Origin: a bacterium
GTDB taxonomy: Bacteria > UBA8248 > JACPRG01 > G963555815
Direction: 5' to 3'
DNA length: 64,000 bases
NCBI GenBank assembly: GCA_965218795.1
Contig: OZ244653.1
Location: 960,001-1,024,000, forward strand
Position 1 is the first letter of the stretch. Each line of letters starts with the position of its first letter. Positions 55,040-64,000 of this stretch are shown here, one piece after another. The position numbers and the translations under genes are program-made. The notes under the pieces are model-generated. The model searched no databases. It was not told where the DNA came from and worked only from the letters and a program-made list of their open reading frames with translations.

Positions 55040-56434
55040 TCAGAGGATCGGCCACTTCGGCTTGATCAGATCCCACAATTCGGATTTGCTCGCGATCACC
55101 TCGCCCCGCTTCTGGGCCTCTTCGAGAATCTTGCCTTCATCCAGCGTCAGGACGTTTCCCGCCTCCATGACGACCCGCCCGTTGCAGATGACCGTATCCG
55201 CCCCGCCGCGGGAGCTGTAGACCAGGTTGGCGATGGGGTTGAGGATGGGCCGCCACTCCACGCTCCGGGTTTCGAACGCCGCGATGTCCGCCTTCTTTCC
55301 GGTTTCGATGGACCCGATTTCGTCCTCCCAGAGCGCGGCCTTCGCGCCGTTGAGCGTCCCCATCTCCAGGACCGTCTCCGGCGGCATGATGGTCGGATCC
55401 AGGCGCTGGGCCTTGCACCCGCCCGAGGCCAGGAACATCTCCCGCACGATGTCCAGGTAGTTGCTGGACATGGCCGCGTCCGACCCCAGGGCCACCGTGA
55501 TGCCGAGCTCGATCATTTCGGGGAAACGACCGAACTCCATGCTTCCCATGCCCAGCCGGTAGCCGGTGGAAGGCGTGCAGGAAACCTTCAGGTCGTGCTT
55601 CATGCACAGCACAATCTCTTTCGGGCTCGCCCATCCCATGTGGATCAGGACCATGTTCGGTCCCAGGGCGCCGAGCGCTCCCACGCGCTCCACGTCCGGC
55701 AGGCCGTGCCGCATGCGCGATGCGACGGTCTCGTCGCGGGACTCGGAGGCATGCATCACTACGCCGACCCGATGAGAATCGGCCAGCTTCTTGATTTCCT
55801 GGATGATCCGATCCGAGCAACCGGAGAGGATCCGAAGGGCGAACCAGGCCTTGACCCGGCCATCGTGCGCGCCGTTGTATTTCTCCACAATCTCTTCGCC
55901 CTTCCGGAGGGCGTCGTCCGTCGTTTCGCGGAACATCTTGCCGGGAAGCGAGCCGATGGGGGTGTCGTGAACGTCGAACGCCGTGCGGGCGATGATCCCC
56001 CGCAACCCGCTCTCCCCCACGGCTCTTGCCGTCTCGGACGGGAAATAGCTGCCCGGATCGATATAACAGGTCGTCCCCGCCCGGATCAGTTCGAGCTGAC
56101 AGGCGAGCGCGGCCCAGTAGGCGTCCTCCTCCATCAGCTCCTTTTCATAGCCGTACAGGCGCTCCAGGAGATGAACGGGAATGTCGCATTCGTCCGCCAG
56201 ACCCCGGCCGAGCTGCTGGGTGTTGTGCACGTGCGTATCCACCAGGCCGGGCATGACCAGCTTGCCCCGCGCGTCGATCTCCTGATCGGCCTGGAATCCT
56301 TTGGAAACCTCGTCCGTCTTTCCAACGGCGGTGATCCGGTCATCCTGGATGGCCACCGCCCCATCCTGGAGGATCCGCCGATCAGCGTCCATGGTGACCA
56401 GCCAGTCCGCGTTCTTGATCAAAATCGTGCTCAT
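55040..56434 (-). CDS. TRZ/ATZ-type metal-dependent amidohydrolase/deaminase
   Basis: PGLVDTHVH, MHASE, LIH, ALGSD, GSIETGKKADI. Confidence 0.9.
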   Translation of the reverse strand: MSTILIKNADWLVTMDADRRILQDGAVAIQDDRITAVGKTDEVSKGFQADQEIDARGKLVMPGLVDTHVHNTQQLGRGLADECDIPVHLLERLYGYEKELMEEDAYWAALACQLELIRAGTTCYIDPGSYFPSETARAVGESGLRGIIARTAFDVHDTPIGSLPGKMFRETTDDALRKGEEIVEKYNGAHDGRVKAWFALRILSGCSDRIIQEIKKLADSHRVGVVMHASESRDETVASRMRHGLPDVERVGALGALGPNMVLIHMGWASPKEIVLCMKHDLKVSCTPSTGYRLGMGSMEFGRFPEMIELGITVALGSDAAMSSNYLDIVREMFLASGGCKAQRLDPTIMPPETVLEMGTLNGAKAALWEDEIGSIETGKKADIAAFETRSVEWRPILNPIANLVYSSRGGADTVICNGRVVMEAGNVLTLDEGKILEEAQKRGEVIASKSELWDLIKPKWPIL

Positions 56435-56771
56435 GCCTTCGCCTCCCGTCCCGTTAACGGAATGGACCGATTCAGGTTTCCAGAATCGATGAATGCCCCG
56501 GACCGATTGCGGAGTATACCGATGGTGTAACACAAACGGACGATCAAAGCCAAAGGGACAGAGGGACATTTTGAGACGACGTATCTCCTGCTTTCTTGAC
56601 ACCCCTCCTTTCGATTGGATACGCTCGCTGAATCCAACGGAAGATTGAGACCCGTACGGCCCGGAAAGGCGCTCGCGCCGGTTTCTTGCCCCGGCACTCT
56701 ATCTGGGAGGTGTCGATCCGTGATCAGGCTTCCTCTTCGCCACACCGGCGTCCCGCCATAGGAGAGGCTTC

Positions 56772-57956
56772 ATGCTGGTTGCAACCAAAGAGATCGTACT
56801 GCCCACGACCATCACCGGCTCCCTGCCCAGGCCGCACTGGTACACCGCCGCCCTGGGCGACCGATCCTTCCGGGAGGCCCTGTCCGATGTGAAGTATCGC
56901 GAGCAATACCTCGACGCCGTTTCCTCCTATATCCGGGACCAGGAACGCGCCGGGCTGGACATCGTGACCGACGGCGACTGCCGGTTCGACCCGGACGTCG
57001 GCGGGATGTCCTGGTTCACCTACGCGGCCCGGAGGCTGGGGGGAATGGAGGGATACGACCCCTATCGGGTCCAGAAGGGCTACCAGGGCGCGGGCCGGGG
57101 AGATATCGTCTTCGAGATCATGGAATCCCGCCTGATGCCCCGGGCCGTCGGGGAAATTTCGCGCGGCCATCTGGACTACACGCCCATCTGGAAAACCGCC
57201 CAGCAGATGACCGCCAAGCCAGTCAAGTTCGGAACGATCACCCCGGAGCTGGTCGCCACCTCCGTGGGGAACGATTTCTACAAGAACCGCCGCGAACTGA
57301 TCCTGGCTACGTCGGCCGCCTTCAACGAGGAGCTGAACCAGCTGGCGGACGCGGGCGCCAGCGTCATCCAGATGGAGGAGCCCTCCATCCACCTCATATC
57401 CATCAAGCGGCACCAGGACATGCAAGAGGAAGAGCTGACCGTCGATTTTTACGTGGACGTGTTCAACGGAACAGTGAAGGGCCTGCGCGACAAGACGGAG
57501 GTGTGGTGCCACACCTGTTGGGGTAACCCGGGACAGCAGCGCCTGTTCGCCGAGCCCCAGTCCTACGAGCCCGCGCTGGAAGACCTGAACCGCCTCGACT
57601 GCGACGTTCTCACCTTCGAGACCGCCAGCACGGACGGGATGGACCTGGCGGCCATCGGCCGGGTCATCACCGAGAAAAAGGTCGCCATCGGCGTGGTCGA
57701 CCACCGCAACCTTCAGGTGGAACGGCCGGATGACGTCGCGGGTCTCATTCGAAGGGCGCTGGAACACATCCCCGCAGAGCGGCTGGTCATCTCCACGGAT
57801 TGCGGATTCGGACGCGAAGGGCTCACCCGCCGGGTGTCGTTTTTCAAGATGGCCGCCATCGTCCGGGGGACCAACATCGTGCGCAAGGAGCTGGACCTGC
57901 CGGAAGCGGAGTGCCCCGCGGCGGACCCCGGGTATCAGATCGCCGAAGAAGAATGA
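56772..57956 (+). CDS. Cobalamin-independent methionine synthase II (MetE C-terminal-like) family Zn enzyme
   Basis: TGSLPRP, GLDIVTDG, QMEEP, HTCWGN, STDCGFG. Confidence 0.88.
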   Translation: MLVATKEIVLPTTITGSLPRPHWYTAALGDRSFREALSDVKYREQYLDAVSSYIRDQERAGLDIVTDGDCRFDPDVGGMSWFTYAARRLGGMEGYDPYRVQKGYQGAGRGDIVFEIMESRLMPRAVGEISRGHLDYTPIWKTAQQMTAKPVKFGTITPELVATSVGNDFYKNRRELILATSAAFNEELNQLADAGASVIQMEEPSIHLISIKRHQDMQEEELTVDFYVDVFNGTVKGLRDKTEVWCHTCWGNPGQQRLFAEPQSYEPALEDLNRLDCDVLTFETASTDGMDLAAIGRVITEKKVAIGVVDHRNLQVERPDDVAGLIRRALEHIPAERLVISTDCGFGREGLTRRVSFFKMAAIVRGTNIVRKELDLPEAECPAADPGYQIAEEE

Positions 57957-58041
57957 ATCCCCAGGACCGGATCGCGCGCCATCGCCGGCGATTCAAGGGC
58001 GGAGGTTCGGTTGAAGACGGGGCGCGGAAGGGAGTGCGGAC

Positions 58042-58653
58042 ATGCCCAGAATACCGTACTGCGATGAAGTGGAAACGCCGCCGGAGATGGTCCCGCTTTT
58101 CGAGGAGGCTCAACGGCAATGGGGCAACGAGCGGCCAAGGTACTTCCGGCTCTTCGGCCACGCCCCCGCCTTCGTCGAGGCCTGGCAGCTCATCGACCGG
58201 AAGCTTCGGCTGGACCGCTTGAAAGCGGGCGATTCTGAATTCGTCAAGCTGGAGCAACTGGCCATCCTCAGAACCAGCTATATCAACACCTGCAACAACT
58301 GAATCGGCCACAACGAGGAGCTCGGTCGGGCTCTCGGGTACACCGAAGAACATGTCGCTCTCCTGCAGGGGGACGACTGGCGGGACAGCGACCTCTTCAG
58401 CGAACAGGAAAAAGCGGTCATCGCGTGGTCCGAGGCGATCACGCGTCATACGGCCAAGGAAGACGAAGCCGCATTCCAGGCCATGCGGAAGCACTTCAAC
58501 GACCAGGATCTCGTCACCCTGACGATTTTTGCCGGGCTATGGAACTGCTCCAACCGCATCGCCGAGGCGCTCCACCTGCTGGTCGAGCCGCCCGGCGGCC
58601 GGATCGGGTTTCAGAAGGAAGACCTGAGAGTGTCGAAGGGCGAAACATCGTGA
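58042..58653 (+). CDS. AhpD/carboxymuconolactone decarboxylase-family selenoprotein (CxxU); UGA at 58300-58302 read as Sec
   Basis: ...ILRTSYINTCNN-TGA-IGHNEELGRALG...FSEQEKAVIAWSEAIT...LWNCSNRIAEAL...-stop at 58653; SECIS-like hairpin downstream of the UGA. Confidence 0.87.
58314..58336 (+). promoter_or_regulatory. Putative bacterial SECIS hairpin
   Basis: CGAG-GAGCUC-[GGUC]-GGGCUC-UCG starting 11 nt after the UGA. Confidence 0.65.
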
Positions 58654-58685
58654 GCATTGGAGCACGGACTTATCAAATTTCTCTT

Positions 58686-58822
58686 GGGGGTTTGTTGGGC
58701 GCTTGCGCGCCGGCCATTTCGCGGATGAAAAGTTTTGCTGGGGGGGGCGGGGGGGGGCGTCTTTCAAAAAGCGCCCCCCGAAAAATTTCCCCAGCCTGCA
58801 CCGTTCTCGCCGGATACAAGAA
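58686..58822 (+). repeat. Internally deleted copy of the dispersed repeat
   Basis: Left end CTTGCGCGCCGGCCATTTCGCGGATGAA joined directly to the right module AAGTTTTGC-G-run-CTTTCAAAAAGCGCCCC. Confidence 0.75.
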
Positions 58823-59062
58823 GTGGACAATTTCCGATACCCCTGGCCAGCCCGGCTGCGGCGCTCTTGAGGTGCGGGGAAATCGCGGAGGACCGTTGCC
58901 GACGAAAGGGAGATCCATCGCTTCGCTCGGGACAGGCTCCGCCCCTCCCTTACAGCCGTGCGGAGCACGGCGAAACCGCAGTGGCACGTTGCCACCGAAA
59001 AACGCCCCCCGGAAAAAATCTTCCCGGCCCGCCAGGGATCGTTTTGTTCCCGGTCTTTCCGG

Positions 59063-60082
59063 CTAAATCTTCACCACCGCCCGGCCGGGGATGTTTCCCT
59101 CCCGCAGGACGCGGTGGGCTTTCTCCAGCTCTTCGAAATCGAACGTCCGGCTGACGATCGGCTTCAGAACGCCCCGACCCGCGAGGTCCGCCACCTCGGC
59201 CAGTTCCTGCCTGGTCGTGTTCCGCGAACCGAGAATTTCCCACTCCTTGACGACGATCTCGATTCCCGAGACCGACATCTCGAGACCCGTATGGGTCCCG
59301 ATGATCACCATGCGCCCGCCCACCGCCAGGCACCGGAAGCTGGCTGCGTAGGTTTCCCCGCCCACGAGCTGAATGATCTTGTCCGCGCCCTCCCCGTCCG
59401 TGCGCTCCAGCACCTCCGCCGGCCAATCCGAATCGGCCGGCAACGCCGCGTCGGCCCCCATCTCCCGGACGGCCTCCACTTTGTCTCCCGGAAGATCGAC
59501 GCCGATCACCGTGGCCCCGCAAAGTTTGGCGATCTGGACGGCGTGAACGCCCACGCCTCCGCCCGCGCCCACAATCGCAACGGTCTCGCCGGGTTTCACT
59601 TCGGCCCGGACTTTGACGGCGTGGTAGGGGGTGCCGAGGGCGTTCGCCAATATCGAGGCTTCTTCGAACGATAGTGAGTCCGCAATCGGGACCAGCATGT
59701 CCGCCGGGAGGGTCATGTACTCGGCGAAACCGCCGTCCGCCTCGGCCCCCAAATGACCGCCGAAGCTCAAGCAGAGGGTCTCGCGCCCCGACCGGCAAAA
59801 CCTGCATCGCCCACAGGTCAGGTAAAGGGTGGAGGCCGCCCGGTCGCCGGGCGAGACGTTCTCCACGCCTCCGCCCACGCCTTCGACCTCCCCTGCCACT
59901 TCGTGTCCAAGGATAAGAGGCAGCTTGGCTCCCGGCCACTTGCCGTCCCGGATGGTCAGGTCGAACTGATCCACGGCGCAGGCGCGAACGCGAACCAGGG
60001 CCTCTCCGTGATCGGGTTCGGGGACCGGGAGTTCCTCAATCCGGAGAGGCCCGCCGAACTCGTGAAGGACATGGGCTCGCAT
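59063..60082 (-). CDS. Zn-dependent alcohol dehydrogenase (MDR)
   Basis: ILGHEVAG, CGRCRFCRSGRETLC, GAGGGVG. Confidence 0.92.
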   Translation of the reverse strand: MRAHVLHEFGGPLRIEELPVPEPDHGEALVRVRACAVDQFDLTIRDGKWPGAKLPLILGHEVAGEVEGVGGGVENVSPGDRAASTLYLTCGRCRFCRSGRETLCLSFGGHLGAEADGGFAEYMTLPADMLVPIADSLSFEEASILANALGTPYHAVKVRAEVKPGETVAIVGAGGGVGVHAVQIAKLCGATVIGVDLPGDKVEAVREMGADAALPADSDWPAEVLERTDGEGADKIIQLVGGETYAASFRCLAVGGRMVIIGTHTGLEMSVSGIEIVVKEWEILGSRNTTRQELAEVADLAGRGVLKPIVSRTFDFEELEKAHRVLREGNIPGRAVVKI

Positions 60083-60117
60083 AGTCGATCTCTCTCCCTG
60101 ATTTTTGGGGCCTTTTT

Positions 60118-60310
60118 TGGTGCTTGCGCGCTAGTCAGCCAGACTCGCCTTCGCCGCGAGCAGGCCGAGCTCAATGTAAGCGGGGGCGCTTTTTGAAAGG
60201 CGCCCCCCGCACCCCCCGCAAAACTTTTCATTCACGATGCCGTGCTTCGCGCGCCATCGCAACAACTGGCACCTTGACCGGATGCCGGAGGCTTTTGCAG
60301 GAAGGCGGAC
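60118..60310 (-). repeat. Rearranged partial copy of the dispersed repeat
   Basis: Reverse-complement modules of ~44095-44128 and ~44170-44298 in altered order. Confidence 0.75.
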
Positions 60311-60397
60311 TGAAAGCCCGCCCTACCGGGGTTTGAAGGGGCAGACACGGCCTGCTCCGGTTCGCCGGGCGCAAGCGTTGAATCAATGAAGATATCC

Positions 60398-61225
60398 TCA
60401 TCCAGCCCGGTCGCGGCTGGGGACGCCCGCCTGTTTCAGGGCCTCTTCCACTTCGTCCATCGTCTGGCGGCCCCAAACGAGCTGACCGTCCACGACGAAC
60501 GTCGGCACGCCGAAGACCCCGGCGCAGGCCCCATCGGCCCGGTGCTGATCGATGATGGCCTCGAACGCCCCGGACTCGACCGCCTCATCCATCTCCGCGA
60601 CATTGAGCCCCACGTCCTCGGCGATGCGATCCAGGACCAGCGGGTCTCCGATGTCCACATGCCGCCCGTGCATAGCCTCCAGAAGGGTTTTGATCAGGGC
60701 CATCTCCATGCCCTGTAGCCGGGCATACTCCGTGCACATATGCAGGCGGCGGGTGTTGAATCGAATCGGGGACCGGGTCTTGGCCAGCTCGAGTCCGAGG
60801 ATTTTTCCGACCGCGCGGCTCTGATCCCACCGCCACGCCATCACTTCCTTGGGGGCGGGGGAGCGGTCGAACGGCTTCCATTCCGGCCGTTGCTGGAAGG
60901 CGCGCCAAGAAAACTCGACGGCGTATTTCTGCGACAAAGCCTCGCAAACCGGAACGGCCAGCCAGGAATTCTGGGACTGGTAGTCGAAGTAGACCGGCAC
61001 GGTCAATGGGCCGGGCGAGGCCAGGATTTCAGCCAGGAGGGTTTCGAGCTCCTTTTTTTTCTTTTCGTCGATGAGGAGCCACGTCGACCGGTGAAACGCG
61101 CCGATGGATCGGACGGCCATGCGCGTGCGGAGGCCATGAAGCTGTCGGGGCGTGAGCGCGGGAATCCTGGCGCGGACGATTCGGGGACGGACCTTCTCGT
61201 ACTGTACGATCGGCTTCGTGGCCAT
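60398..61225 (-). CDS. DsbA-like / HCCA isomerase (kappa-GST) fold protein with N-terminal extension
   Basis: VYFDYQSQNSWLA, GVFGVPTFVVDGQLVWG. Confidence 0.75.
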   Translation of the reverse strand: MATKPIVQYEKVRPRIVRARIPALTPRQLHGLRTRMAVRSIGAFHRSTWLLIDEKKKKELETLLAEILASPGPLTVPVYFDYQSQNSWLAVPVCEALSQKYAVEFSWRAFQQRPEWKPFDRSPAPKEVMAWRWDQSRAVGKILGLELAKTRSPIRFNTRRLHMCTEYARLQGMEMALIKTLLEAMHGRHVDIGDPLVLDRIAEDVGLNVAEMDEAVESGAFEAIIDQHRADGACAGVFGVPTFVVDGQLVWGRQTMDEVEEALKQAGVPSRDRAG

Positions 61226-61499
61226 GTCGTAATCTCCCGGTAAAAAATTGAACCACCCGCCTGCGGATCAGTTCGTGGGGTGGCCATTCGCTTGGTCCTG
61301 GCGGCCCTGGCTTCGGGACCAACTCCAGCCCGAAGTATTCAAATGCGGGCAACCCATATCGCTTCGACAAAAACCGCGCATCGGGCGCGGGAAATCCGGC
61401 CGGGTCAAACCGCTGCCGTCGAAGCGTCCAACTGGTACAAACCCTCATGAAACGCCTTCTGCCGATAACGGGGCGCCCGGTCTTTTCCATCAGGGCGTC

Positions 61500-61672
61500 A
61501 ATGGACCCGGCTTCACGTACTTGAGTTGAAAGAAGTAGCGGAGGAACGACCTCAGCCCATCCTCATCCACGTCATAACGGTCTTCCTTGAACGGCGTCAC
61601 CGCCGCGACGAACAGCCGATCAAACCTTCCGTCATGCCAGCGTTCTTCGCCGATGGCCTTTCCCTCCGTCAA
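61500..61672 (-). pseudogene. Dihydrodipicolinate synthase-family N-terminal fragment
   Basis: LFVAAVTPFKEDRYDVDEDGLRSFLRYF, then truncated. Confidence 0.6.
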
Positions 61673-61974
61673 TACTTCCTTCAGCGAATACCCTTCATTC
61701 TACCCGACAAAATCAGGAATCACGCCTTTTGTGAAAGATGGCCTGCCCGAAAGTTTAGGCGACAACCGGCTTTGATCGGAATTTCCCGGATCCCCGATGC
61801 TCATGTATATTAGGAAATCAAAGAACCAAAACGCGCGCCAACGAGGACAAGCACATATCGGTCGGGGGAATCGGAGGATATTCATTCGCCTTGACCGGTT
61901 GACAACGGCTTCGGCAATCAACGCGGGCGGGGAGCCATCCCGCTCCGTTATTCATCTTCCATTGAAGGTTCACC

Positions 61975-62427
61975 ATGACGACGATCTCCCGGGAATTGGC
62001 CGATTGGGTTGTTTCCCTGAAGTACGACGACATCCCGTACAACGTCATTGAGAGCGCAAAGACCGCGTTCCTGGACGTCGTGGGAATCGCTTTGGCCTCT
62101 TCCGGCATGGAGTTCGGGCGGGACGCCGTCGCCTTGGCCCACGATCCGGGAACGGGGGGGAAGGCATCGGTCCTCGGGTTCGACCTCCGCCTGCCTGCCC
62201 CCAACGACGCCCTGGCCCACGGGCTGGATTATGACGACACCCACGCCGAATCCGTCATCCACACAAGCGCGTGCGTCGTGCCGGCCGCCCTCGGCGCCGC
62301 TGAAGCCGACGGGGCCGATGGCCGGGCCCTTTCCGACGACCGGGTGGGTGAGGCCCTCGCCGTTCTCCGCGGGCTGGCATCGGTTCCGGATCTCTCGGGG
62401 TTGATGTCTCTCTGCCGTCCCGCCTGA
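61975..62427 (+). pseudogene. MmgE/PrpD family protein with large in-frame internal deletion
   Basis: TISRELADWVVSLKYDDIP, ALAHGLDYDDTH..SVIHTS; only 150 aa, with the N-terminus joined to a C-terminal-like tail. Confidence 0.75.
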
Positions 62428-62436
62428 GCCCCTCTC

Positions 62437-63633
62437 ATGTCCTACGCGCTTCAAGGTCTGAAGGTCGTATCCCTCGGCACATCCGTGAGCGCGCCCCTGT
62501 GCGCGCGCTATCTCGCGGATCTCGGGGCGGACGTCGTCAAAGTCGAACGGCCGTCGACGGGAGATTTCGCGCGCGGATGGGATGAGGTCCTTCCGGGGGC
62601 GAGCTCGGCCCACCTGTGGTGCAACCCGAACAAGCGCTCCCTCGCCCTCAACCTGAAAGCGGAACAGGGCCGGCAAATCCTGGGACGGCTGGTCAAGGAC
62701 GCCGACGTCTTTATCGAAAATTTCTCCCCGGGCGTCGTCGACAAGCTGGGCATCGGCTACGATTGGGCCCGGTCCGTCAACCCAAATATCCTGTACTGCC
62801 ACATATCGGGCTACGGACAGGACGGCCCCTACCGGGACATGAAGGCGATGGATATGCTGATTCAGGGCGAGGCCGGCGTGATCTCGGTCAACGGCTCGCC
62901 CGAGGAACCCGCCAAGATCGCTTTGTCCATCTCCGACGCCGCCGCCGGGCTGTTTGCCGCGATTTCCATCCTCGCCGCGCTGGAGGAGCGCCGCCGCACC
63001 GGCGAGGGCCAGGAAATCGACGTCTCGATGTTCGACTGCACGGTCTCGCTCCTCGGCTACCTGTCGTATCAATACCTTTACGGCGGGGAGGAGCCGAAGC
63101 GGGTTGGCCTGCGCCATCACCTGATCGCCCCCTACGGCCCGTGGACGGCAAAGGACGGCAAGATGGTGAACGTTTCCGCCGCAACGCCCGCTCTTTGGGA
63201 AGCCTTCTGCGGCGTGATCGGCCGGCCCGGCCTTCTTGACGATCCCAGGTTTCGGAACAACGCAGACCGGGTAAAAAACCTTCCCGCGCTGGACGCGTCG
63301 ATCGCCGAGGCTTTCGCCCGGGAGGATTCCTCGGTCTGGCTGGAGCGGCTGAGGGCCGCGGGGGTGCCGTGCGGGGCGGTGAACCGGATTCCGGAAGTCA
63401 TCGAGCACCCGCAGCTGAATTTCAGGCAGCTGCTCCGCGACGCCGGAGGGGACGTACAAGACGCCTCCGGACGGCAGCTCAGGCTTTTCGACTTTCCCGT
63501 CCGATTTTCCAGGTCGGACACCCGATTGGAAGCCCCTCCCGGATTGGGCGAGCAAACCGACGCCGTGCTCGCCGAGCTCGGTTATTCGAGCGAAGAGGCC
63601 GAAGCCTTCCGGCGCGCAGGCGTGGTGGAATGA
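62437..63633 (+). CDS. CaiB/BaiF family III CoA-transferase
   Basis: LADLGADVVKVE, NKRSLALNLK, ENFSPG, ISGYGQDGP, catalytic Asp in SISD, PPGLGEQT. Confidence 0.93.
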   Translation: MSYALQGLKVVSLGTSVSAPLCARYLADLGADVVKVERPSTGDFARGWDEVLPGASSAHLWCNPNKRSLALNLKAEQGRQILGRLVKDADVFIENFSPGVVDKLGIGYDWARSVNPNILYCHISGYGQDGPYRDMKAMDMLIQGEAGVISVNGSPEEPAKIALSISDAAAGLFAAISILAALEERRRTGEGQEIDVSMFDCTVSLLGYLSYQYLYGGEEPKRVGLRHHLIAPYGPWTAKDGKMVNVSAATPALWEAFCGVIGRPGLLDDPRFRNNADRVKNLPALDASIAEAFAREDSSVWLERLRAAGVPCGAVNRIPEVIEHPQLNFRQLLRDAGGDVQDASGRQLRLFDFPVRFSRSDTRLEAPPGLGEQTDAVLAELGYSSEEAEAFRRAGVVE

Positions 63634-63661
63634 ATGAATACGCGAACAGGAGCCGGACCTG

Positions 63662-64000
63662 ATGGATTTTGAACTCAATGAGGTGCAGCGACAGGTTCAG
63701 CGGACCATCCGCGAATTTGTAGACAAAGAGGTCATCCCCGTCGCCAGCGACTACGAGCACAAGGACGAATATCCTCACCCGCTGGTCGACCGGATCAAGG
63801 AGCTGGGGCTGTTCGGGTTTCTCATCGGCGAGGGATACGGCGGTTCCGGGATGGATTACGTCAGCTACGCCGTCATGATGGAGGAGCTCTCCCGCGGCTG
63901 GATGAGCCTCGGCGGCGTGATCGGCAGCCATGGCATGACGGCCTGGATCATCGAGACCTATGGAACCGAGGAGCAAAAGCTCAAGTTCCTCCCTGACCTG
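63662..64000 (+). CDS. Acyl-CoA dehydrogenase, partial (continues beyond window)
   Basis: MDFELNEVQRQVQRTIREFVDKEVIP...LGLFG...YGGSG...EELSRG...YGTEEQK. Confidence 0.88.
   Translation, partial: MDFELNEVQRQVQRTIREFVDKEVIPVASDYEHKDEYPHPLVDRIKELGLFGFLIGEGYGGSGMDYVSYAVMMEELSRGWMSLGGVIGSHGMTAWIIETYGTEEQKLKFLPDL

Noticed and set aside
61948-63678. Long antisense ORFs (also 24381-26006, 21005-22504, 53182-54837, 54881-56530)
   Set aside because: These are shadow ORFs opposite well-supported genes, expected at high GC, and show no motifs.

Overview
GC-rich bacterial chromosomal window, probably from a metagenome or long-read assembly, since even asd carries a homopolymer frameshift. It mixes housekeeping genes (asd, leuB, mtaB, truA, tenA, a cold-shock protein, yggX) with many catabolic and redox enzymes: xanthine dehydrogenase/Cox-family subunits, CoA-transferases, three tandem UbiD-family genes, amidohydrolases, a Rieske oxygenase, 2-oxoacid dehydrogenase E1 and a MetE-like enzyme. 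It also holds a signal-peptide ankyrin-repeat protein, a decaying surface-glycan island, an internally deleted IS5, an integrase remnant and two families of dispersed palindromic repeats. The main finding is that the ORF track truncates two genes at in-frame UGA codons that are very likely selenocysteine. Each UGA is followed by an open, conserved-looking frame and a SECIS-like hairpin. One is a C-U-A-E-P-tail B12-domain radical SAM protein tightly coupled to an ATP-grasp ligase (34074-36816). The other is a CxxU AhpD/CMD-family protein directly after a MetE-like Zn-thiol transferase (56772-58653). Also notable are a UbiD triplet whose middle member lacks the catalytic glutamates, a bactofilin-DinB fusion, and a modular ~400-bp dispersed repeat. 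All product calls rest on motif recognition only; no searches were run.
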